Made by a program: the position numbers and the translations under genes. Source: Verrucomicrobiota bacterium (GTDB taxonomy: Bacteria > Verrucomicrobiota > Verrucomicrobiia > Limisphaerales > UBA8199). Taken from it: 64,000 nucleotides of DNA. Shown one piece after another: positions 27,955 to 36,117 of this stretch. Location of the stretch: NCBI GenBank assembly GCA_003176045.1, contig PSRM01000068.1:60084-124083 (forward strand), written 5' to 3'. The notes under the pieces were generated by a model. It was not told the DNA's origin. It ran no database searches and saw only the letters and a list, made by a program, of their open reading frames with translations. How positions within the stretch are numbered: the first letter of the stretch is position 1; each line of letters opens with the position of its first letter.

Positions 27955-29396
27955 AAATCAGCGCCATCCGGGACCTCCTCGTCGGATCAACTGGCCTTTG
28001 GTTGGCAATGGGCGCGGCGATATTCCTACTGACAGCTTTGGCTATTGCCAGCCGATTCGGGTCTTCCCATCGGTCCGAAATCGTGGCCCGAATAAAATGG
28101 TTTAGTTGGGATCGGCGCACCTTCTGCCAGCATTTCCTGATCACCGGGGCCACGGGTTCTGGAAAAACGCTCGGAGGCATCTTGCGCCTACTTTTCCAGG
28201 TCTTCAAACACGAACCTCGATTCGGGGGACTTTGTGTGGATGTCAAAGGATTGCTTCATGAAAAAGTTGTGGAAATGGCGAAGCATTTCGGGCGGCCTGA
28301 CGATGTGGTGGTGCTTCAAGTGAGATCGAACTCAGCAACGACCGAGTGGAGGCCTGTGAATCGGTTGAATCTGGTGGGTGACCGCTCAATTCCCTTTGGT
28401 ACTTATGCGCGCTGCGTGGCGGATACCGCCGCTGCTTTGGGGAACCGCCAAGAACAAACCTTTTTTCGTCGAGCCGGCCAAATCCACATCGGAAAGGGTT
28501 TGGAAGCTCTGCACGCGCTCGGGTACGAAGTCACGTTGGAGAACGTCCACAACATGTTGGTGAATCCAGGGGACACGGCCCGAGTCGTGAAGGAATTAGG
28601 CACTAAGGAAACGACCCGTGGATTGGCCGAACACTTCCAGAATTACCTCGCTCAACCGCCTGAACAGTTGGCGGGCATCGTTGGTACCGTGGGCAATTAC
28701 CTCCATTACTTCACGGAGCCGGCGATAGCCGAAGTGTTCTGCCGGGATAGCACTTTTGCATTGGAGGACGTGGACAAAGGAAAAATAATTTGTCTGGCAC
28801 TGCCGCAAAAGTATCAGACGGAGCGTCGTTTTGTCGGGACCTTCCTGAAGCTTCTTTTCTTCACACATGCGCTATCACGGTTTGACGCGGACGCCAAACG
28901 GCGTCAGTTGCAGAATATGCTTCTCTTTCTCGCCGACGAGTACCAGCAATTTGTCACGGCCAGCGAAGATGGGCTAAGCGACCATTCCGTAATTGATCTT
29001 GCTCGCGAGGCGCTGATGGCGGTGGTCGCTGCGACACAGAGCACAACCTCATTCGTTCCAGCTCTCGGCACGGACCAAGCCAAGGTGCTGACACTCAACT
29101 TGAGGAACCGGTTAATCTTCACTTCAGCCGATGAAGACGACGCAAAGGCGGCGGCAGAATTCCTGGGCAGGAAAACGGTCAAGACGCGATCTTGGACATG
29201 GAGCAACGGAAAACGTTCCGAAACCTTTACTGAAACCGAGGACTATCGAGTTAAACCCCATCAACTGCGCAAGCTCCGGAAGCATCAGTGCATCGTCGCC
29301 CATGCGAACGGCCGCTTTCGCAAGTTCACACTGCCTCCGGTGCAGCCGGACGGGACTGTGCCGAACTGGTACCGCCGTTCCTGGTTCACCCTCTGA
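27951..29396 (+). CDS. virD4: Type IV coupling protein (VirD4/TraG/TraD family)
   Basis: N-terminal TM segment, Walker A ITGATGSGKT, Walker B LLFLADEYQQF. Its start overlaps the AAA+ stop (ATGA). Confidence 0.85.
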   Translation: MKISAIRDLLVGSTGLWLAMGAAIFLLTALAIASRFGSSHRSEIVARIKWFSWDRRTFCQHFLITGATGSGKTLGGILRLLFQVFKHEPRFGGLCVDVKGLLHEKVVEMAKHFGRPDDVVVLQVRSNSATTEWRPVNRLNLVGDRSIPFGTYARCVADTAAALGNRQEQTFFRRAGQIHIGKGLEALHALGYEVTLENVHNMLVNPGDTARVVKELGTKETTRGLAEHFQNYLAQPPEQLAGIVGTVGNYLHYFTEPAIAEVFCRDSTFALEDVDKGKIICLALPQKYQTERRFVGTFLKLLFFTHALSRFDADAKRRQLQNMLLFLADEYQQFVTASEDGLSDHSVIDLAREALMAVVAATQSTTSFVPALGTDQAKVLTLNLRNRLIFTSADEDDAKAAAEFLGRKTVKTRSWTWSNGKRSETFTETEDYRVKPHQLRKLRKHQCIVAHANGRFRKFTLPPVQPDGTVPNWYRRSWFTL

Positions 29397-29409
29397 TGCT
29401 CCGCGAACT

Positions 29410-29440
29410 CTCCTATCGAAGATAGGAGTTGGTGTCTAAC
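29410..29440 (+). other. Candidate oriT: 8-bp hairpin plus GGTGTCT nic-like core
   Basis: CTCCTATC-GAA-GATAGGAG (29410-29428) followed by TTGGTGTCTAAC, in the 91-nt gap just upstream of the MOBF relaxase gene. Confidence 0.35.
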
Positions 29441-29487
29441 GTTTAAAAATTTCAACACGCCACAACAATATAAGCCAGGCACATAAG

Positions 29488-32235
29488 ATGATCACCGGAA
29501 AACCACAGAAGAACTTGCGCGACGCGAAGGAGTATTTCCGGCAGCATTTGGCTCAAGGGGACTATCATTCGGAAAGCCAAAGAATCCAAGGAATGTGGTT
29601 CGGGCGAGGAGTTGCCCGCCTGGGACTGAATCCTGCAGATCGAGTGACGGCAGAACACTTCGAGCGCCTTTGCGACAATCTCCATCCATTGACGGGGGAA
29701 AGGCTCACGGTCCGTAAGAGAGTCGTTGATCGCCGCATTTTCTACGATTTTACCGTCAGCGCGCCCAAGAGCGCTTCAATAATGGGCCTGATTATGCAGG
29801 ATAGTCGAATTCTCACAGCGCATGAGGAAGCGGCCAGTGAAGCTATGGCGCAAATGGAAAAGGTGGCTGCCGCCCGCGTACGGCAGGGCGGCCAACGGTC
29901 CGAACGCACAACGGGCGAAATCGTTGCAGCCATCTTTCAGCATGACTCTTCGCGAGCACTGGATCCGCAACTGCACACACATTTCATAATTTGGAATGCC
30001 ACATTTGACCCCGTGGAGAAACGTTGGAAGGCGCTCGAAACGATGGCGATGTTTGAAAAAATCAATTTCTTCACCGAAGTCTATCGCAACACTCTGGCGA
30101 GGCGATTACGCGAATTCGGCTATGGAATCCGGAACACTGCTCACGGATTTGAAATCGAGGGCGTCCCTCAGGGAATAATTGAGCGATTCAGCAAACGGCG
30201 TCAGCAGATTTTGGCTGCTGAGTCGCAGGCAATCGAGGCGGTGAATAAAAAACTTCGTGAAGCGCTTGAGCAAGCTGTGCGCGACAGCGTCGGACAACCA
30301 GCGGAGGTGCGAGAAAAAGCAGAGAAAGCCCTTCGCGAATTTAAGCCCATCACAAAGCTCACAAACACAGGTCGAGCAACCTTGGCTCACACTACCCGCC
30401 AGTGGAAAGACACAAACCTGGACCCGGCCGAGGTGCTTAGCTATCAAAAATCTCAACTGTCCAGCGATGAAATCGTGCAACTCCAACGGTTAATGCGGCC
30501 AGATGCGACCGCCATCAAAATTAAGCCCGAATCTATCTCCGCTAAGCAGGCAATTGATTATGCCCGCGACCACTTGTTTGAACGAAATAGCGTCGTTCCC
30601 ATCACGGAATTGTTGCGCGAAGCCTTAACATTTTCGCGCGGCCGACTTGAGTTGCCCGAGCTCGAGGCGGAGGTAGTGAAACGAGATGATTTTCTTCCAG
30701 TCGGTGAGTTTTTGACGACCCGCGAAACCCTGGTCGAGGAGCGACAAATGATCACTATCACGAATGAGGGGTTGGACCAACTCCGGCCCATCAACCCGAG
30801 TTACGTGCCGACCGCAAAACTGTCCGTTGAACAGAATCAAGCAGTGCGATTCTTGCTCAATTCTGCCGATTTGGTGGTCGGCTTACGCGGTGGCGCCGGG
30901 ACCGGCAAGACTGACCTGCTACATGAATTGGTTCGCAGAATAGAGCAACGCCACACTGCTGTTGTTCTCGCGCCGACAACGTCGGCGGTTGAAGTCCTTC
31001 GGAGAATGGGCTTTAAACGCGCTGCAACTCTCCAGCGATTTCTCCAGGACGAAGCGTTTCAGCACGATGAAAAGGGGAGCGTGTTGGTTGTTGACGAGGC
31101 GGGGTTACTTTCCCGGCGTGATATGCTCGCTCTTCTCAATATTGCCCATCGCTTGGGGTCTCGACTGATTCTGAGCGGTGATACGAGACAACACACCGGA
31201 ATCGAAGCGGGAGATGCGTTGCGTTTGCTCGAAGAGCGAAGCGCACTCCAAGTTATCGGTGTCCGGAAGATTCGTCGCCAAGTGGAGATTGAATACCGGG
31301 AAGCTATTGGTGAGCTCGCGAGAGGCGAAGGAGCAAAGGCCTTGGCGCGACTGGACAGGATCGGGGCTGTGTCAGAAATCGAAGGAGACAAACGGTATCG
31401 CCGCCTGGCCGAAGAATACATTTCATCGATCAGGGCCGGCAAAACGTCTTTAGTTGTAAGCCCGACATGGCGTGAAATTGAACAGGTTACCCAGAGCATT
31501 CGAGAGCAGATGAAGGAACAAGAACTTCTGGGGACGCGCGAAAGCACAATTGTGGTACTTCGCGGATTGAAGTGGACAAAAGCGCAAAAGCGTGACCTTC
31601 GCAATTATCGGCCTGGGTTGGTCCTCAACTTCTATCGAAATACTGCTCGCTTCGTAAAGGGTGACACTGCGGAGGTTATCAAGATGGAGCGCGACGCGTT
31701 GTGCGTCCAACTTCGGAATGGCCAACGCACGGAGGTTACCCGGAAACAAGCCGATTGCTTTGAAGTCACCGAAAAGGTGGATTTGAAGGTCGCGCCGGGG
31801 GACCGCCTGTTGCTTCAATCCAGCGAAAAGGCGAGAAGACTGTTCAATGGTCAAATCGTCACGGTCAAGGAAATCGCTCCGAACGGTGTAATCTTCTTGT
31901 CAGATGGGCGAGAAATACCGGTAGGATTTCGGACGTTCACGCACGGCTATTGCGTCACGAGTTACGCGTCACAGGGACGAACAGTGGACCATGTGTTTGT
32001 GGCAATGGATTCCCATTCCTTTCAGGCGGCTAGCCGCAATCAGTTTTATGTGAGCACTTCGCGTGCGAGGGAACGAGTCAAGATTTACACTGATGACAAA
32101 GAGTTTTTGAGGATGGTCGTCAATAAATCTGGTTCCCGGCTCTCTGCGATCGAATTGGCGGAAAGCCGACGCTTGGCGACCCGTGAATCAACCACCAACC
32201 GGCAAAGTGTAACGTTGGGAGTTGCGGCAGCCTGA
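29488..32235 (+). CDS. traI: MOBF relaxase (TrwC/TraI type) fused to a RecD-like helicase
   Basis: N-terminal TrwC domain with YDFTVSAPKS and the His triad HDSSRALDPQLHTHFIIWN. Helicase Walker A LRGGAGTGKT. C-terminal YASQGRTVDHVFV. Confidence 0.9.
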   Translation: MITGKPQKNLRDAKEYFRQHLAQGDYHSESQRIQGMWFGRGVARLGLNPADRVTAEHFERLCDNLHPLTGERLTVRKRVVDRRIFYDFTVSAPKSASIMGLIMQDSRILTAHEEAASEAMAQMEKVAAARVRQGGQRSERTTGEIVAAIFQHDSSRALDPQLHTHFIIWNATFDPVEKRWKALETMAMFEKINFFTEVYRNTLARRLREFGYGIRNTAHGFEIEGVPQGIIERFSKRRQQILAAESQAIEAVNKKLREALEQAVRDSVGQPAEVREKAEKALREFKPITKLTNTGRATLAHTTRQWKDTNLDPAEVLSYQKSQLSSDEIVQLQRLMRPDATAIKIKPESISAKQAIDYARDHLFERNSVVPITELLREALTFSRGRLELPELEAEVVKRDDFLPVGEFLTTRETLVEERQMITITNEGLDQLRPINPSYVPTAKLSVEQNQAVRFLLNSADLVVGLRGGAGTGKTDLLHELVRRIEQRHTAVVLAPTTSAVEVLRRMGFKRAATLQRFLQDEAFQHDEKGSVLVVDEAGLLSRRDMLALLNIAHRLGSRLILSGDTRQHTGIEAGDALRLLEERSALQVIGVRKIRRQVEIEYREAIGELARGEGAKALARLDRIGAVSEIEGDKRYRRLAEEYISSIRAGKTSLVVSPTWREIEQVTQSIREQMKEQELLGTRESTIVVLRGLKWTKAQKRDLRNYRPGLVLNFYRNTARFVKGDTAEVIKMERDALCVQLRNGQRTEVTRKQADCFEVTEKVDLKVAPGDRLLLQSSEKARRLFNGQIVTVKEIAPNGVIFLSDGREIPVGFRTFTHGYCVTSYASQGRTVDHVFVAMDSHSFQAASRNQFYVSTSRARERVKIYTDDKEFLRMVVNKSGSRLSAIELAESRRLATRESTTNRQSVTLGVAAA

Positions 32236-32246
32236 TTGGGACGAAT

Positions 32247-32627
32247 ATGCTTCGCGGCCATTCAGATTCCCCGAAGCTGGCGGAGACTCCCCCGCCGTAC
32301 GGAATCAAGTCCGAATTAAATTTCCCAGGAATCGATCAAGCGTTCTCAACGGACGAGCGGCCGATTGGAATTACCTTCTATCGCTCCAAAGAAAGTTTTT
32401 TCCTGCCCTATCATTTGCTGCAAACCGCCCGATTCAAAGACAACCGGATCACGCTTGTGTTCGCCGTGGCTGAGGTCGTTATTTCCGGTCGGGGACTGCA
32501 CCTGCTTTATGCTCAGATTACGGCGCAACTGGTGAGCCGGGTCGTGGAACAGGGAGAGCGATACTCGGCCGTTTCGGACCTTCTCGTCCACATTCGGGCG
32601 ATAGAAGAAATTCCGAGGGAAAAATAA
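32247..32627 (+). CDS. hypothetical protein (126 aa)
   Basis: ORF starts 12 nt after the relaxase stop. No motif recognised. Confidence 0.45.
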   Translation: MLRGHSDSPKLAETPPPYGIKSELNFPGIDQAFSTDERPIGITFYRSKESFFLPYHLLQTARFKDNRITLVFAVAEVVISGRGLHLLYAQITAQLVSRVVEQGERYSAVSDLLVHIRAIEEIPREK

Positions 32628-32647
32628 GAGCCCCCGTGAGGGGGCTC
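32628..32647. terminator. Bidirectional intrinsic terminator between convergent genes
   Basis: GAGCCCCC-GTGA-GGGGGCTC (8-bp stem, GNRA loop), flanked by AAAATAA on the left and GAATTTTA on the right. It lies between the stops at 32627 and 32653. Confidence 0.65.
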
Positions 32648-32652
32648 GAATT

Positions 32653-33528
32653 TTAAGCGGCTGCCGCCAGTTCTTCTGTTGCGATCTTGCCGCGGATGTA
32701 GTCAGCAGCCCGCTGTGCTGCCGAAGCCCCGCGCAAAATCACGCGCGAATCTCCCCGAAATACTGTTGACCATCCACCAATGTAACTCGCCTGCAATGCT
32801 TCGCTGGTGGAGTTCTTTATTCCGGCGAACGCGCACAAAAACGCCGCGCCGAACTCGGCGACCAACTCCTCGAACGAGTATTTCTCAGCTATATCCCCCT
32901 TCGCGTCGGCGAACCGGTTTAAGCGCTTTCCATGGCCACTACTGTGCACAAGCTCATGAAATAAAGTCGCATAATATTCATCCCCATTCTCGAATTGGCT
33001 GAGGTGGGGCAAGGTAACCCGGTCGAGTCCACGGTTGTACACCGGTTCCGCTACCGCCGAGTGAACAATCTCCGGCTTGCTCGGCATCACTTCTAACAGC
33101 AATTCAGCAGTCCTCAGCCGTTGGCTATGCGGAGGTGCCGTGTCCTCCTCCGGTTCTGCGATTCCCTCCACCTGGTCGAGATTGAACACGCTGCTGGTGA
33201 AGGGAACACAAGGCGCGAGATTTTCCTTTCCGGTCTTCTCTCGCAATCGGTCGATCTCCTCTGGGGTGCGCCACTTCCAGTAAACCACAGTCGTAGCCTT
33301 CTCCCCTTTTCGGACATGACCCCCAAGCGCCAAAGCCTGGCGATAGGTTATCCAATATCGAGAGGCCAATCCGGCTGCACACAAGATCAGGATATTAACT
33401 CCTCGGTATTCTCTTCCGGTGGCCAGGTTTCTGGGCAGTCCCGTCTTCCAGGTTTTTCTCCAAGGAATCTGGCCGGCTTCAAGCTGTTTTAAAATCCGAT
33501 TGGTAACTTCTTCATAAATGTTCAACAT
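32653..33528 (-). CDS. ardC: ArdC-like antirestriction protein (N-terminal ssDNA-binding DUF1738 plus zincin metalloprotease domain)
   Basis: Track ORF trimmed to MLNIYEEVTNRIL (AGGAA 7 nt upstream). Motifs: IPWRKTW, YRGVNILIL, and C-terminal LFHELVHSSGH. Confidence 0.85.
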   Translation of the reverse strand: MLNIYEEVTNRILKQLEAGQIPWRKTWKTGLPRNLATGREYRGVNILILCAAGLASRYWITYRQALALGGHVRKGEKATTVVYWKWRTPEEIDRLREKTGKENLAPCVPFTSSVFNLDQVEGIAEPEEDTAPPHSQRLRTAELLLEVMPSKPEIVHSAVAEPVYNRGLDRVTLPHLSQFENGDEYYATLFHELVHSSGHGKRLNRFADAKGDIAEKYSFEELVAEFGAAFLCAFAGIKNSTSEALQASYIGGWSTVFRGDSRVILRGASAAQRAADYIRGKIATEELAAAA

Positions 33529-33604
33529 TTTTGATTTCCTCTTGTGAATAAGCGGGCGCGAGAAATAGAAACGCCGCTGGAAATCATCCAGCGGCGGGTT
33601 GGTC

Positions 33605-33889
33605 TTAGTAATCCTCGGGAAGCAGAACAGTTGTCGCTGAACGGTCAGCTTCGGTGATGATCCAAAACCGTGTTCCGTTTCGGTCGCGATAAGCTGAAAG
33701 CAAGCGATTGCCATCGCGCAGCGACAAATCATTCATTTCCGCATCTTCGGGGCACACCTCACCCCAATCGCCACGCGCATGCCGTTGCAACCCTGAGTAA
33801 GTATCCTCGGGATTCAACTCGCGCAAAGCGTTCGAGGTGATGACCGTCTGACCCAGTGGGAAAGTATTCAATCGTATTGTGTCGTCCAT
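33605..33889 (-). CDS. 94-aa conserved small element protein (GDWG...ITEADRxxTTVLLPxDY family)
   Basis: Trimmed to MDDTIRL (GGAGGA upstream). It has a paralogue at 51853..52293 with the same C-terminal motif. Confidence 0.6.
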   Translation of the reverse strand: MDDTIRLNTFPLGQTVITSNALRELNPEDTYSGLQRHARGDWGEVCPEDAEMNDLSLRDGNRLLSAYRDRNGTRFWIITEADRSATTVLLPEDY

Positions 33890-33997
33890 GATTCCTCCTA
33901 TCAAAAGTGGAACAACTAGAGATTCTCTTACCATGTCTCACTGATAAATGGTAGATAGTTTGTTGCGATTTTCTAAAAAGAGTGAGATTTCTAAGGT

Positions 33998-34444
33998 ATG
34001 GGGAGAGGTCGAACGCGGTTGCAACTGAAGTCAGGGGAACGGGCGCAAATGCTTAGACTGCGTCACTTTCTTCCCAGCCCCCGTGACCGCGAACGGCTCA
34101 AAGCCGTTCTCTTGGCGGCCAGGGGGCGGCATACGCTGGAAGACATCGCCGAAACACTGGGGCGTTCGCGTTCCACGATTCAAAACTGGTTGCGCAAATT
34201 CGCTAGAAGCAGAGTCTCCGGCCTATTGGAGAGGAATACTCCTCCGGGGTCGGTCAGCCCGTTATCAAGCGCTGAAATTCAAAAACAATTGGCCGCCGGG
34301 CTACGCATAGGGCGGTGGCGATCCGCGGCGCACATTGCGGCCTGGCTCCAGGAGGTTCACGGTATTACACGGGCACGGAAATCAATCTACTACTGGCTGC
34401 GAAAAAAGGGTTGGACCTCCCCGCACGGCAGAGATCGCCGCTGA
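33998..34444 (+). CDS. Stand-alone HTH/winged-helix protein resembling the N-terminal DNA-binding part of IS630-type transposases
   Basis: LEDIAETLGRSRSTIQNWLRKF and AHIAAWLQEVHGITRARKSIYYWLRKKGW. No DDE domain follows. Confidence 0.55.
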   Translation: MGRGRTRLQLKSGERAQMLRLRHFLPSPRDRERLKAVLLAARGRHTLEDIAETLGRSRSTIQNWLRKFARSRVSGLLERNTPPGSVSPLSSAEIQKQLAAGLRIGRWRSAAHIAAWLQEVHGITRARKSIYYWLRKKGWTSPHGRDRR

Positions 34445-34543
34445 GGCTCACAGAGGTTGCTCGGCCCGCCTTTTACCCATCTCCTGACGGATTTGTATTC
34501 GAGAATCGAGACGGAGATGAGTGACACCAAACTTCAGAGATGA

Positions 34544-35371
34544 CTACGAAGCCTGATTTACGTGAACCCGCAGGGCTTCCGCCAGGGCTTCGCGGACCCG
34601 ATCCTGCGTGGACTCCCCAGAAGTAAATTTGACGATTACGGACCCAGCTGTGAGTTTTATCGTACAGGTCGCTTTTCTGCTCCTGGTGGTTGAGCCCTTG
34701 CCTCTTTCCTTCTGCGCCTCGCGCACGGGAAGATGTCCCTCCTTTGCCTCCTGCCAGAGATCCTTTTGCCGCTGTGGGTCCTCTTCCTTCGCAATTTCGA
34801 GCAGCACGGATTTGTTGGCTTGTTCAGACGTCTGAACATCGGCCAACAGCTCGGGTTTGATATCGAGGATGCGCAGTGTTTGATTTATTGCGGTCAACGA
34901 CTTGCCGAGCCTTCGCGCTAAATCGCGCTGCTTTAGGCCAAACTCATCCATGAGCCTTTTGAATGCGCGGGCTTCCTCAACCGGATGCAAATCCTTACGG
35001 TGCAGGTTTTCAACCAGTTGCAGTTCCAATCGTGATTGTTCGCCGGCAGTCCGCACCAAAACCGGGATTGTTTCTCTTCCAAGGCCGCGGCAGGCGGCGA
35101 ACCGACGCTCGCCGGTAAGAATTCGAAAACGACCGCCCTCGACCGCCTCGACCACGATCGGTTGAACAACACCATGTTCCCGAATCGAAAAGGCTAAATC
35201 ACTCAATTCACCCAGGTTCTTGCGGGGTTGGTTTGGGTCGGGGTCGATCAAGCTGAGGGGGATCTCAGCAAATCTCTGCTCATCCCGGCCAACAGGATCG
35301 AAGTCGAGTTGACTGTCACCTGCAGCCTGGCGGGCAAGTCGGTCTTTCAAACCTACGGCCATAATGTGCAA
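34544..35371 (-). CDS. parB: ParB/Spo0J-family partition protein
   Basis: IDPDPNQPRK, EHGVVQPIVV, RILTGERRFAACRGLG. AGGAG lies 5 nt upstream of the ATG. Confidence 0.9.
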   Translation of the reverse strand: MHIMAVGLKDRLARQAAGDSQLDFDPVGRDEQRFAEIPLSLIDPDPNQPRKNLGELSDLAFSIREHGVVQPIVVEAVEGGRFRILTGERRFAACRGLGRETIPVLVRTAGEQSRLELQLVENLHRKDLHPVEEARAFKRLMDEFGLKQRDLARRLGKSLTAINQTLRILDIKPELLADVQTSEQANKSVLLEIAKEEDPQRQKDLWQEAKEGHLPVREAQKERGKGSTTRSRKATCTIKLTAGSVIVKFTSGESTQDRVREALAEALRVHVNQAS

Positions 35372-36117
35372 ATCTCCTGTGCAAGCTGCTGGTAATCCCG
35401 GGCTGCTCGGGTGTGCTGTGCGATCGCGACGACATCCCTTGGCTCATCTCCGCTCTGTGCGCGATTCAGCATTTCGCAGCGCCCAATTCGCGTTTGTAGC
35501 ACTTTGTCGCGGACAGGTTCCAGGGCCTTCTCGACTAGGCCGTTGGTCACAGTGGCCTGTGCCATCACCATGGTGACCAGAATACGATACTCCCAATGTG
35601 GTGCGAATCGTTTGACGCTATGTAAGATTTCAAGGAGGTCGCCGAGTCCGCGAAGCGCATATCCCGAAGGTTGGGTTGGGATTAAAAAGTGACTTGCTGC
35701 AACCATAGCGTTTACGGGCAGCACGCCCATTGTGGGCTGGCAATCGATGATAACGAAGTCAAAACCTTGCAATCCTTCGAGCGCGTGCTGCAAGCGCTGC
35801 TCGCGGAAGTGTTTCGTGTGCAAGAGCGAATCAGCCTTGGACAAGGTAATCGAAGCGGGCGCGATCCGAAGATCCGGCAGGTAGGTGTCGGAAATGATCG
35901 AGGAAATACTTTGGGACTCGGACAATAACACGTCTCCGATAGTCCGTCCGGTGAATTGGTCGGGATCTAGACCGAGCCCAACGGTGGCATGCGCCTGAGG
36001 GTCCAGGTCGATGACCAGCACCTTCTTGCCCGCTCGGCATAGGCACGCACTGAGATTCACAACGGTGGTGGTTTTTCCGACACCGCCTTTCTGGTTGGCA
36101 ACTGCGAGGATCTTCAC
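35353..36117 (-). CDS. parA: ParA/Soj-family partition ATPase
   Basis: MKILAVANQKGGVGKTTT deviant Walker A. GTG start preceded by GGAGG. Confidence 0.9.
   Translation of the reverse strand: MKILAVANQKGGVGKTTTVVNLSACLCRAGKKVLVIDLDPQAHATVGLGLDPDQFTGRTIGDVLLSESQSISSIISDTYLPDLRIAPASITLSKADSLLHTKHFREQRLQHALEGLQGFDFVIIDCQPTMGVLPVNAMVAASHFLIPTQPSGYALRGLGDLLEILHSVKRFAPHWEYRILVTMVMAQATVTNGLVEKALEPVRDKVLQTRIGRCEMLNRAQSGDEPRDVVAIAQHTRAARDYQQLAQEICTLWP

Noticed and set aside
33529-33732. 68-codon N-terminal extension of the ArdC ORF
   Set aside because: It is Cys/Phe-rich junk. An AGGAA site precedes the Met of the canonical ArdC N-terminus.
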